Source of the DNA: Octopus sinensis
Lineage: Eukaryota
Length of the DNA: 64,000 nt
NCBI RefSeq assembly: GCF_006345805.1
Contig: NC_042999.1
Location: 130,200,001-130,264,000, forward strand
Direction of reading: 5' to 3'
Positions 37,425-50,130 of the stretch are shown piece by piece. Positions within the stretch are counted from its first letter, which is position 1. The number at the start of each line of letters is the position of its first letter. Below the pieces are notes generated by a model that was not told where the DNA came from, did not search any database, and saw only the letters and a program-made list of their open reading frames with translations. The position numbers and the translations under genes were made by a program.

Positions 37425-37905
37425 CCGTAAATCCTCGAGTATAGTCCACCCTTGAGTATAATACGCAGGGGTTTTTTAGGGGGCTGTACCTCTGAAAAAC
37501 CTAAACCTTGTATATAATACGCACCCGTTCTCTAACTTGAGTCAAGGAGGTCTATATAACGTCCTTGGTTTGTAAAAATGTATATGGTAACGTGCTTTAT
37601 TATTATTGTATATATAACATAATGCAAACATGTAGCTTTTTTGTGCATTTTGTTTTCAGAAAATAAAAAAAATAACAGTAATAACGTTTAATAAATGTTG
37701 ATAACTGCAAGTTAAGGATGATTTAAGGTATTTTCGCGCCCGACATCACAAAATGCGTCTGAATAAACATTGCCGGACAGCAAATACAGACTCGGACATT
37801 GCTTAGAAAATAATTTTCCTTTTTAACCTCGTATATAGTATGCACTAGGGATTTTGACCTTTAAATTTTGGAAAAAGAATGCGGATTATACTCGAGGATT
37901 AACGG
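37425..37905. mobile_element. non-autonomous Tc1/mariner-pogo (Tc2-like) element
   Basis: TIRs CCGTAAATCCTCGAGTATA (37425) and TATACTCGAGGATTAACGG (ends 37905); flanks TA and TG; CCGTA termini recall Tc2/Kanga elements. Confidence 0.85.
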
Positions 37906-38879
37906 TGAATGATTACATGAAGTCATAAAAAGTGTAATAAGTAATAATTTAAACGGATATTATTTTAATAGGTAAAACGGGAAAATTCATTTAGGGTTCT
38001 CGCCACACGCGAGTGAGAAACTGTTGGTTAGGTAGGGTTAGAACACATCACACCTCTGCCCACCAACCATTTCTCGTCCTGGAGCTTCGTGCACCGAAAG
38101 GTTCTTATTGACAGTTTATGCGTGGCTTGATCTCGTTCTCATGAAACTCTTCTTTTATCATATAATAAAGATGTATTGCTTTTATTAGACTTCTATTTTT
38201 AACATGTTTCTTATAATCCAACATTATAGTTGTTTCTTTAGTTTTGTTTCTTTGCCAACGGTCAGGGTCTTCTTCCTCTTTTTATCTTTTGCATCTTCTT
38301 TGATTGTTTGCAAACCTTTGTCAGTGACTACCTCTTCATATTCATCGTTGCTTTGTTGTTGCTTTGTGAGGTCGGACATAAGTGGAAAGCGGGTAAATAG
38401 TTTCTGGGACGAGGACTGGAGGTTTTCGCTTTCTTTCGCTATAATGGCTTACTTTTAGTCGTAACAGTAGTTGTTGTTGTTTAGCCCCAGGTCATCCTTG
38501 ATCAGGCAAAGCTATAATGGAAGACATTCTAACGGTAAGGACATACTAGCGTTTTACCAAACATAACATCGTTATGATTTGAATTTCCGTTCTACCCTTC
38601 TTTGTAATCAGTAAAAAGCAAAAGTGTTTCTGCTTTACGCCCCAGATTTTAGTCTCGAAGTCAATTCTTCCGAAGTTTTACTCATATATTCAATATAAAC
38701 GTTGATTCTCATTCTTTCATCGTACTTATATGAATATATTTAGCTTCTTTGACTAGGCAATGTACAGTTAACACTGTAACATGATTTTAGTCCTTGGATC
38801 GCAACTATTATTTTCTATTTGCTTATCTTTATAATGTATGAAACATGGCTAATATTTCCTTCAAACTTTGCTTTTGTAA

Positions 38880-39025
38880 CATTTATTCAAACCCCCAAAG
38901 AATCCCTCTAACACATGGCTATGATGCTCCCTCACTACTCCGACTAATGATCATGACAGCCACAAAGAGACGTGGTTAAGATCAAGCAACTGCCAAGCAA
39001 ATCTGTGGTATTGAGCAGAATATTT
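38880..39025 (+). repeat. fragment of the dispersed repeat also present at 61110-61670
   Basis: TTATTCAAACCCC..AAGAATCCCTCT..CACATGGCTATGATG and AAGCAAATCTGTGGTATTGAGCAGAATATTT shared with 61405-61570. Confidence 0.85.
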
Positions 39026-39596
39026 TTTTGCGCCCTTTTCAAGCCTAGCCAGGCTCATGGGCCCGGTTTCCCGGTTTCTGTGGCGTATGTCTCCCCCCCC
39101 CCCATCGCTGGACGGGACGCCGGTCCATCGCAGCGTTACCCAAGAAACAGGAAGAAAGAGTGAGAGAAAGTTGGGGCGAAAGAGTACAACAGGGGTCGCC
39201 ACCCCCACCCCTGCCGGAGCCTCGTGGAGCTTTAGGTGTTTTCGCTCAATAAACACACACACAACGCCCGGTCTGGGAATCGAAACCGCGATCCTCCGAC
39301 CGCGAGTTCGCTACCCTAACCACTGGGTCATTGCGCCTCCATATAGATGCACCCTTTTTAAAGCCTAGCCAGGCTCATGGGCCCGGTTTACCGGTTTCCA
39401 TGGCATATGTGTTCCCCAGCTGGATGGGACGCTAGTCCATCGCAGCGTTACTCATTTTTGCCAGCTGAGTGGACTGGAGCAACGTGAAATGAAGTGTTTT
39501 GCTCAAGAACACAACGCGTCACCCGGTCCAGGAATCGAAATCACAATCTTACGATCACGATACTGACACTCTAACCACTAAGCCACGCACCTCCAC
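39026..39596 (-). mobile_element. dimer of two related tRNA SINEs (family D) flanked by one 13-bp TSD
   Basis: TSD GAGCAGAATATTT at 39013-39025 and 39597-39609; two tRNA-like heads and two copies of the AAGCCTAGCCAGGCTCATGGGCCCGGTTT tail. Confidence 0.88.
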
Positions 39597-39959
39597 GAGC
39601 AGAATATTTGCTGTAACAATATTTCTGCTTCAGCAACTATTGGCTAAATCTGTCTGAAATGTAATGGAAAATAGGTCAGTTTTCAAAACACTGATGTCCA
39701 GGTGACAAAAGCAAAGTTTGAAGGGAACAGTAGTCATTTGCTTTGATTTCTAGACATAAGCAAATAGGAAATAACACTTACTGACAAAAGATAAAAAAAT
39801 ATGCTAAAAATTTTGCTATACAGTATGATATAATTCCAAATTAAGATTCTCTGCGATACGTAGGCACTTACAAGATTAAGTGTTCTAACAATCGCATCAA
39901 TAATTCACACATGTACGGACGTACCTATATACGGCAAGAAACAACAATAATAATGTTTC

Positions 39960-40150
39960 TAATTAAAGCGCACGATCAACAATTTTGAGGCGAGGGATTA
40001 GTCAATACCATTGACCTTAGTATTTGACTAGTACTTTATTTTATCGACTTGGGATGGATGAAAGGCAGAGCTGACTTCGATGGGACTTGAACTCAATATG
40101 AAGATTCGGAATAAATTATAGAACGTCATCGTACGTCGCTCTAACGGTTT
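39960..40150 (-). mobile_element. family B SINE, diverged
   Basis: TTTTATCGAC..GGATGAAAGGCAGAGCTGAC..GACTTGAACTC. Confidence 0.7.
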
Positions 40151-43100
40151 CTCTAACCACCCCCACCATCTCAATAAGAATTCTAAGAAGAAAGAGTGAA
40201 TAATTTTTAATTGACAATTTTTTTCTTGAGAAATATTACGTAGCTCAAGATTATAGTAACAACGTGGGTAATACGAGTCTTAACTAAAAATATAAACGTC
40301 CAGATAATCTAATTATTCCTTTTGATTAGAGAATTCTTTATTTTTCAGAATGAGCTTGTACTGTTATTTAAAAAGGATAAAATGGTCGCTTAAAATAGGA
40401 TAGTATCTATATTTATTTGAACTATAAAATATGTTTTGATGACAGCTTATAGGCGTGGGCAGACGGAAAGAGAAAAAATTACGAAGAGATATATAGAGTA
40501 TGGCAAGTGATAGGAAAAGGTAGGCTACGTATAATTGATGGCAGCTGGTTTTGCTTATGTGTCAAATTTAAATGTGTTTGTTCCAGTCAACTAGACCAAA
40601 GACAATTATGTATACGTAAGTTTAGAGACATATGATAGGTTAGAGAGAGAAGTAGTAGACATTGGAATGAAATCTGGGAAAAAAATATTTACTGTGATTT
40701 TGTCAACTATACAAGATTTGTGGTTGGAAAGACGAACATATCGAGTGGATTTAAGTGAAAGCGGCATTTAAATAACTTCTGCAGAGTTTGTAGAAAACGT
40801 GGCTAAATAGACAAAAGAATACAATTAAATTGATTTGTAACGTGATAGTAAGTGCAAGTTTGTATATCCGGTCGACGGTTCGTATTGCAAGGTCTATACT
40901 GCATATGTACGTGACAGCGTGCCGTCTTAAATGTGTGACCTACATTTCAGTGTTATAGGTAAAGCTTCGTTAGTAGCTGTTCATGAATGAAACAATTTTT
41001 ACACAAGGAAAACAAACAAACCTAAAAACAAACTTGTGAGAATTGTCATCATGAAAAGTTACAAGAGAGCAAGTTAACATCTGTAGGGAATGTGGTGGTT
41101 GTAACTGTTGATAAATTAAGTTGTTGTTTTGTCATTTTTATCCATTTATTTAAGTTGTAGACTGTTTAGGTTTTTCTGTGATTAACTTCTCATTGTAAGA
41201 TGTTTTCGAAGTCCCGTTTAAAGAAGAAAATGGATGTTTGTAAGTGGTGTGTGTAGTTAGAGGTGAATTTAATCGAGGTAATTAAGGTAGAGAAGGGAAG
41301 AATTACGAACGTTAAGTTAAGCTTTAAAGTGACTTCAAATATAAAATTAGAATTTTTAGAAGATTCTCAAACCAGACGCATTCAAAAGCTTTGATGTCAA
41401 AGGAAACAGATTCATAGAAGACAAAAGACTATATATGCCATTGGAGAATAGCACTTTCACAACTTCAGTGAGGTGAATTATGTAATTTGGATCAATTTAA
41501 AGTTTCAGTATAGTAAATCATTGAAAAGTGATGATAACAAATTGTAAAAAAATAAAATTAAAAAAATGATAGTATAAGTGTTTGTGGAGTAACGGAATTG
41601 TGAATTCTGGCATTTTGATATTTGAAACAGAAATAAGACACGTTTTATGATATGTGCAGCGTTTGTCAATGATGGAACTGGAACAAATTATAGGATGTTG
41701 GACAATGTAAATGCTTTATGGCGTTGATTGATACTTTACAACTATCCTATTGTTATTTCAGATTCGGCTGAGATTGATTTGGTTTTTTCTCTCTTCACGG
41801 TAGACAAACCACAATCCTATAAATTTTAGCGTCTCTCAAGGAGCCAGCATTTTATCTCCGTTAATGATCTTATCTCTATCAAGAGTCACTCTTTCTATTT
41901 ATACACATCTTCCATTTAAAGAATATATTCGCGAGCCAATGAAGGAATCTCTATGCGGTTTTTCTATCTGATAGAAATAAGTCTTGTTCCCTCATATCAC
42001 AGTTTACCTTACTCAAAATGTATGGACATACAGGAGAATGTAGTAGTAGATGATATTCAAAACAGACGCATGGAAAACCTTTGATCATAAATTTCATCAA
42101 TCAAGACTGATATGAGCTAAAAAACAAAATATCCACTGATTTTCTCGGTGAACTACTGTACTAAGCATCTATTACACACACTTACGTACGCACACAAATA
42201 CAAACGGCACACATGCACATTCGTGTATACATCTGCACACACGCAGCTTTAATTAATTGTATATGAGTGGAAAGTCATCTCTGAAGATTAAAGCGTATTA
42301 AGCTATAATCTTTGACATTCTGCATTCATTTCTCAATGAGTTGACAGCAATTTATCCTTCAGGGATGGTTAAACTAAATACCAGTAAAGTACTGAACTTC
42401 ATTCACTCAACCATACTCCTCTTTATCAAATGAATTATTTGTGCAAATGTTAGATTTAGCTTATTTCTTTGGTTATACACTTCGATTATTACTTCTTGAA
42501 ATCAATAACTCTAATCTATTGACGTTTAAAGTTAGTTCAATTCTGAATTTTATTTATCCAGGACAGTTTTTAACTGAATGCTTTTCTCTGTCGTTGGTTC
42601 ACATTTCAGCAAGAAATTTGAATAAACCTGTTGATCTTAGGCACTAAACATTTTTCCTCTTGATTTTCCGAAGACGATTTTATGTTCAATTGGATTAGTA
42701 TTCCAATTGTGTATGTTATTTTTGATGTAACCTCAGAAACTGCAAACTATATTATCTCAATAGAAAAATATTTTATCTGATATTTTAGAAAGTGTCTGTT
42801 GTTTCAGAGATTGTATGAAATTTTGGAGAATATTTGATGAAACCAAATTTAAATATTTTTGTAAGGCATATAATATTGTAATGTCGAAAAGAAAACATCA
42901 ATAGAACGAATAGACCAAGTGTAGAACAACAAAGAATGAACAGGAGAAATATGCTGGTTGATTGGATAATGTGATTAAATCACGATAACAATGCAGTGTT
43001 TTTCAACCGCCATCTATGACTGCGATTACTGAAAGATAACTAGATTTATAAATCGTACCTATAATAGACTTTGAATATTAAAACAATAACAGAAGAATTT

Positions 43101-43666
43101 TGAAAATTAATTGTATCTCAGATTCAAGCATATAAATGAAGAGTATAGCAATTGAAAATATTGTATTAAATGTTTTGAATAGAAAATATATTAAATGCTT
43201 TAAACTAATATACCTGGGTTTTTTTCTAAACTGACAAAAAGCGTGATTGTTGAAAAAAATATTCGGTCCACTCAAAATGTGAAGATGAGCAAACAGTTAC
43301 TGAAGAATCTTAATCCATGGAAAAGTTAATTCAATTTTGATTTATGATTTATTACGGTTGGCTTTTGATCCATATTAAATGTAAACCATGAAACACATTA
43401 TTCCAGTTCACACGGAATCATTCTTGTGTACTAGTAAAGGAAGGATCTAAGCTAGCTTCTGAGGGAGATCTATGTATCATCTTATTAATTATAATATTTT
43501 TTCAATGATAAGCATGCCATAAATTAACAGTAATAACAACATCAGGAAAATCTAAAAGCAAGGAAACATTTAAAAAAGCCCAGAATATAGTCAAATACAT
43601 ATCAGCGCAGAATACAAATTTAAGAGATGGTTATGTCAAAATATGTAAACGCTGCCACATTCTTAC

Positions 43667-43697
43667 CTTCAATATGTGGTATAAGCATGAAGGTTGT
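43667..43697 (-). CDS. candidate 31-nt exon of an unidentified minus-strand gene
   Basis: Acceptor TTACTTTCTTTTCAG, donor AAG|GTAAGA; frames TTFMLIPHIE or QPSCLYHILK open. Confidence 0.4.
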
Positions 43698-44069
43698 CTG
43701 AAAAGAAAGTAATGCTGATCCTTTGTATAGAAAGATACGAGAAAAAGATCACTTCAAACTAGTTTGACCTTCACTTTATGTGAGTGATTAACAAGATATA
43801 AATACATTTCAGAATTAACTGATAACCGTAGCTGATATTTGAAAGCAAGTGATATTTTGAGAATCAAAGACGTTTTTCTGTCATAAATATACGATATCTT
43901 GATGGCTTTATTGTACATTCATAATTTGGTTTTTGACAGTTTCTGCGATAAAAGATTCAGAGTAAGAATATTTTAACTTGTAGCTGGAATTTAGGGTATT
44001 AAATGGTAAAAAGAAATCTTCCAAACTTTGCTTTCAAAATATCTGTAATTACAAACAATATCGATTTCT

Positions 44070-44270
44070 TACTCAGGCACAAGGCCACATATTCTAAAGG
44101 ATGGAAACAGTTTATTGTATCGGTTTCAATACTTCAATAGTATATTTTTTAAAACATATTCTAAAAATGAGTAGAAAGTCAAGAAATTGGCAGAATTCGA
44201 ATTTAGGATCGAAACGGAAGCTAAATATCCCCAATGTATTTTTCCAAATGCTTTACCAAATGTGTTAACC
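44070..44270 (-). mobile_element. family B SINE, highly diverged
   Basis: CAGGCACAAGGCC tail and GGCAGAATTCGAAT.. remnant. Confidence 0.5.
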
Positions 44271-47141
44271 ACCAACCATTAACTACAAATAATCTTACCA
44301 TTATAACAGTTGTGATTGATGCTAAAATGATAGCTTAATCACAAACACGTATGTCTGCATGACTTAACACGTTTCAGAAAAATATTGAATTCGGATGATT
44401 TAATCTTTCCACCTGTCGTACTAGAGGGAGTCAATAACTGCCTCTCAGTAGTAACTTTAAATTACAGATCAAAACTTGAACTATTATCTCATTTCTTCTC
44501 CCACCACACAAGTGGTTTATGCATCACCACAAAGCGCACGCACGCACATACACACATACTGTGTGTGTGTATGTGTGTGTATACATACATACACACATTG
44601 TGTGTGTGTGTGTTCTTTTTATATAACAAATGTTTTGAAATTGATTCAGTTTTGATACGATGAGTTGAGAAACTGAGAAACTATACAATCAAATTATTAA
44701 AGAAAAAAAGACAACGTTATATTGAGCACATGTTTCCCCCTTTCAAGCTGCTTAAGTTATAAATCAGCCATTCAAATGAACGAACATACTCAGCCAGTAG
44801 CGATAACCCAGAACTTCCTGATTGATTTCTTTCTTTAAGAGCAGAGCCACACATTTATAGAGAAGAGAAACTAAATTGTGTGGCATCCTTGCATTTCCGA
44901 TAGGCATTGACAACATATTCAAAATGAAATTATTTTCATCCAAAAATTGAAACCTTTTCAGATAGATAATTCTCTGCGAGTTTAACCATTTCTCTGAGGC
45001 TTATTAGATTGATTTCTTTTTGTAGTTGCTTTAAATTATCACTGTTCTTGACTGTACTTATATCGATCCTGATGTGTTATGATTGCACATATGATCATAC
45101 GTATCTGAATATCGCAAAGCCTCTTATCTATAAATCTATCGAGTTTGCTATCTTTAGCTTTGCTTACACATTAGATTTTAGTAAAACATTTCAAAATATA
45201 AAAATGTAACAACAGAGAACTTGAAAACGGATGTAAAACATGCTTAGGTAATTTCGTTGAAAGAGCACAAGAGATGTATTAAGCGAAAGAAAATATAGAC
45301 TGTATGCTATGAGAGAAAGTAGATTCTCCTCTGGCAACGTCCTGTCATCTGTGCAGCGTTGTGTTCATCACTAAAACACTTAGCACTCGCTGCCCTTGTA
45401 TTTTGATATCTTGTATTGCTAGACTCAGTTTCTATGAACACGTTCCATTGAAGCAAGCTTCTAGTTTTGATTACTAGCTGCGTATGACAGACTGAAGTGT
45501 TGCACGGCAGCTGAGTCAAAATGATTTTAGTCATCCACCATAAAATTAATGTATTACAGTTAGTGAAACATTAGGCTTGACGTTGTTATCAAGATCTGGA
45601 TTTCACAAACCATTTGACTTTTCAGCCGAAGATATAAACAATTAGTAATTACATCAGCTTGTTGGAAATTGTCAGTAAATTAGAGTCGAGCAATTTTAAA
45701 TATCCCTTAAGTGCAATAGTTCATATGTTCATATGTTCATATAGTATTACACGTTTCTCTTCCATTGTCGATCTGGAGCAGTTTAATCTATTTTGCTTGG
45801 TTAGTAACTACTGATTCTTACCTTGTACGATTTACCTAACGACTGACAAAATACTATAAGTTTAACCTATTTTTTAGTTGTTTGTTCCAAATGCGTTTTA
45901 TATTTTAATATCGCTTTAGAATTTCAATAACTCGTACATATTTGACCTATATTCAGACTTAGGGAATTGTATATTTTAGAGCTTCAACAGCTGTCTAGAT
46001 TGTAATCGCTTCATAACAAAAATCCAAATCGTCGTGACAATCTATTATTGTGTTTTGGTAACAGTTGCAGTTGTAGTAATAGTGGTGAGGGTGACCTTAA
46101 ACAATAACAACCATGACAATAGTTACCATGGCAACGATCCTACTGATAAGAGCAATAACAAGAGCATTGAAAAAAATGCTAATAACTAAATTGACACCAA
46201 CAACAATACGGTAAATAACATTTTAATACAATATCCATTTCTCTTTTAGGCCAAGGGCAACTGTTGTTGATTCAAGTACCAATATATATTATTTTGACGA
46301 ATTTTAAATATTTTAATACATACATGTTTGTGGTAGAGAAGAAAGAAGTTTTTTTTTTAATACGCTCATTTTTCATACCTACTTGAATATACTATTGTGC
46401 ATCTGCTTAGTGATCCTCTCATCTCTACTTGAAGTGTAGTATTCTTTGCTGAGGACGTCTAATAACACCGAAACATGTTCGATGTTGTTTTCCGTACTTG
46501 AAATATTTTAATGTTAGCCATTGCGCTAATGTATTTTCCTCTCTGTACAAGTTTTTCTAATTAGATTGTTGCTCACTGTATTAAATAAATATGTTGACAC
46601 TAAATTATGAAACATATAGTCCTATGAACTTTCATCACCTACAGGAATATTTTTTCAAACATTAGGATAATGCCTAGGTTTATGTGTAAAGGATACGTTT
46701 TATTGTCTGTGGACAAAAGACGAACGGTAAACTTGAAAGCAGCTGGATATTCTCACAAAACATAGTGGAACGAAATTAACGATGTAAACCGTTTCTTCCA
46801 CTCTATTATACTTCATCGAATTTAAAACGACTCTTAAAACTGACACAACGTCACATATTTTTTAGTGGCGAAAAATAAAAAAAAAATTAAAGTTAGCTTC
46901 GGTGGAATTTGAACTCAGAATGTAAAGCGTCGTAAACTAAGACATTTGAAACAGTTTGAGAGGCCGATTTTTCTTCCAAGCATCCAAACAATAACAATAT
47001 TAAAACAATACCGACACTATTGAAACAGTAGATGGAGTAAAGTTCCCACATTTGAGTATCCAAATATAAGGCACTCCACTAATTGACTCATGCTAACCTA
47101 TAGCCCACAGACGTGCTGTTTACTATTAGTTGCCTTTTCTG

Positions 47142-47760
47142 GGATCTTTTCCTTTTGAACAGCAGACAATTTCTAGTTAACTAAACACTTTAAAACTTCA
47201 TATACTGGTAGAATGTATCAAAATAAAACATTTTTTTCTCTTGGCTTTCTTTAGAAAATTGTAATTTGTTTGTTTAACGTAGTTTAATTTTTCGAATTTT
47301 AACCAATCCTATGCTCTCTTTTGAGCTAAAATCATTTGCTGCGTCTAAAACTGAGACAACATCCTGTAACTAACCCTAAACCCCCCCCTAACCCTAAATT
47401 TTTTTTTCTTAATTGTTAAATCAATTTGTTACGAGTGTAAGAAAAACTAAAACAATGGAATTAAATTAATTTAACAATTAAGAAAAAAGTTAGGGTTAGG
47501 GGGGAGGTTTAGGGTTAGTTACAGGATGTTGTCTCAGTTTTAAACGCAGCAAATGATTTTAGTTGAATGGAGGTAATCGATTGGTTAAAATTGCGAAATG
47601 CTCGGATTTTCAGATGAAATATCTTACAAACTATAGAATTTTCTCAATAAAACCAAGAGAAAATGATGTTTTATAAACACATTCTACCGGTATACGAAGT
47701 TTAAAAGTGTTTAGTTAACTAGAAATTGTGTTGACATCTGCCGTTCAAAAGGAAAGGTCC
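47142..47760. mobile_element. foldback MITE (619 bp) with 8-bp TSD and telomere-like internal motifs
   Basis: TSD CTTTTCTG at 47134-47141 and 47761-47768; ends GGATCTTTTCC / GGAAAGGTCC; nearly whole element is an imperfect inverted repeat; TAACCCTAA and TTAGGGTTAG motifs placed symmetrically. Confidence 0.92.
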
Positions 47761-48506
47761 CTTTTCTGTCTTATGAATTTATCCTCTTATCCATATAAAC
47801 ATGACTTTACTTCAATCGTCGACTTGCACCAGTTAGAGGAGCGATAACGGCGTCAATCGCGCCAGTTTCGGAGACCGCGTAAAATCTATGGGCATAAAAT
47901 TAAAATCCAAATGTAGATTATCGATCTTCTACTATCTTTTCACGGCTTGATCAGCTTAATATAGCAGAATTAATCGCAGAAAGGAAATTTGGGCGAATCG
48001 TGTCTGATATCACAGGCTAAAACAGGAAAGGAGTTAGATATTTGATGGTATTATGCTCTTAGATAAGAGCAGCATTCAAGCATAGAAAGCAAACTAGGAC
48101 AACTAACGGGTTAAGAGTAGCAGGTTAGATACATAACAAAACATGACAGCAGAGAATACATGAACTGCGTATGGCAGTATAAAATTTATATTTACTACTG
48201 TATATTCATGTTTGCATATATGTGGATGTATATTTTTATACATAGGTATATACATACATTATATGTCGTGTGTGTGTATTCATATATTCTATATATTTAA
48301 GCGCGTGCACACATTTGGATGTATATCAGGGTGTACTTACATTATGTGTGTGTGTGTGTGTGTGTGTGTGCATAAGAGATAATGGTGTCACTGAGACCCA
48401 AAGGTGTCAGGTAATGCTGAATAAGTGCTATAGACAGAACATAGTTAAGTTCCAGATTCGGTAATTTTGCGAATAAAGGGTTCAACGTTGGTTCTGTCAG
48501 CGTATG

Positions 48507-48652
48507 TATATAAGAATTTTTTGCGTAATTAGAAAACCAAGGCTGTGTAGATAGAGCATTTATAGATAGGTCTTCTATCTATAAATCTATAAATGCTCTA
48601 ATATCTACACATCCTTGGTTTTTTATCTTATTACGCAAAAAATTCTTATATA
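48507..48652. mobile_element. small foldback element / MITE flanked by TA runs
   Basis: TATAAGAATTTTTTGCGTAAT..AAAACCAAGG.TGTGTAGATAGAGCATTTATAGATAG mirrored by CTATCTATAAAT..GCTCTA..ATCTACACA.CCTTGGTTTT..ATTACGCAAAAAATTCTTATA. Confidence 0.85.
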
Positions 48653-48662
48653 TATATATGTG

Positions 48663-48832
48663 TATATTTGAGAAAAATTAGTAGAGATAGCTTTTAGGGA
48701 GCGGTAATTTTTATTTTTGTAATACTGTTATTACAGTGAGTAAATAATGTTTGCTCGCTGTAAACATTATAATCAAAATTTAAAAAATTATCTCCCCAAA
48801 AAGCCATCTCTACTCATTTTTTCAAATATATA
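48663..48832. mobile_element. second small MITE-like inverted-repeat element
   Basis: TATATTTGAGAAAAATTAGTAGAGATAGCTTTTAGGGAG mirrored by CTCCCCAAAAAGCCATCTCTACTCATTTTTTCAAATATA. Confidence 0.8.
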
Positions 48833-48889
48833 ATACTGTGTCAAGAACGTTCTTTTTTCTTCTTTTTCTACTACTATTACACACACACA

Positions 48890-48920
<31 letters not shown>

Positions 48921-49399
48921 CATGTCTCTTCTCTCTCACTCCACACCTCCTGATCACATCCTCCCTCATCTTCTCACTGTATTCATTTAGCCTTCCCGAT
49001 CCGTTCTCTCAGTGATTCCAGGAGACGGGTCTCCTGCTATGCTGCACATACTGCCAGCCTCCCGTAACTTACGGGCAGTCGAACTAGATATTAACAGACA
49101 AACGGACAGGATTACCGTTGCATTGTGCCATATATAGGACAATGAAAATTGCCTCCACTTTTGATAACATTTTCGTAAATAAAACAGTATATATCTTAAA
49201 ACATACACCAAAATAGCAAAGTCTTAAAATTATAACAAATTTTACACATTATTTAAATACTAAAGGGAGCTGGGTATTTATAAACAAACTTCATTTCGTG
49301 TGTACAGCAATACTAAGGGAAAATGCATTGAAACGTAAAAATGTTTCAACTTATATCCTGTTAAACACAAGGCATTTCTTAAAATAGTTTTCGCTATCA

Positions 49400-50130
49400 G
49401 TTTGTGTCGGTTGCCGTCGAGACGTCAGGTGTTCTAGGACCCCGCATAACCGATTTCCTCCAAAATAGGGATAGCGACCGCCCGTCGGAGAACTGAGCCC
49501 CGCGCGTTGGAGTGGTTACTGCAGCGAGTGTTGCTGGCCATTCTCCGCGACAACGCCACCGCGGTAATTACCGCGGGGCGCTGCTGAGCACCTCTCTTGT
49601 TCTGGGATATGTGACCCATCGCCCCGCGCCGCTGTTTTCCGCTGCTTCGCCCACATTTTTCTCCATTTTATTCTTTTCTTTTTTCATCTTTTACAGTGTA
49701 TGTTGGTAAATAAAGTGTTTTTTTATGTAAATAAAAAAATAAGTTTCCAGTTAATTTCTAGTCTCTAGAACGCTAAAGATCTGAAGCTATTGTTAATTAT
49801 TACATCAACTCAGAATTGTGCTTTTCGACAATTTATGAAATGCAGGCAGTTCATGGAGTACGTCCACGCACGCACACACACGCACATGCGCTCGCACGCA
49901 CATACCCGCGCACACGCACAACAACTAGCTCCAACTTGCGTATCATTAGCATGTCTTGCAAACAACTTGCACATGCAAGTGCTATCAGTCAAGAACTCCG
50001 CATACCGGAAGCCAGCAAGTGTATGGGGGTCATCAGGAGAGAATGCGCGCCGTTTCGGGGCCTACCTTTCGGCGGCATCAATGCGCACCGGCCCCCCTCA
50101 CTGATATGAGGCCCCGCTTGCTAGATCAAC
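49400..50130. promoter_or_regulatory. CpG-rich, GC-rich island (possible promoter / first exon)
   Basis: Dense CG dinucleotides at 49400-49650 and 49860-50125 in an otherwise very AT-rich window; no recognisable coding motif. Confidence 0.45.

Noticed and set aside
41800-42100. RT-like words SVSQGASILSPL and DAWKTFD
   Set aside because: Order is reversed relative to RT motifs and no further motif supports them.
46440-46490. Hammerhead-like CTGAGGA...GAAACATGTT
   Set aside because: Core words and a palindrome are present but stems I and II do not pair convincingly; at most a very old pLTR remnant.
47370-47520. Interstitial telomere / chromosome fusion site
   Set aside because: Only 2-3 degenerate TTAGGG units per arm and they lie within a TSD-flanked MITE.
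49985-50035. C/D box snoRNA on minus strand (CTGATGA ... GTTCTTGA-CTGA)
   Set aside because: Only 8 nt of complementarity to the 18S UCAAGAAC segment as I recall it, no terminal stem; too short for a guide.
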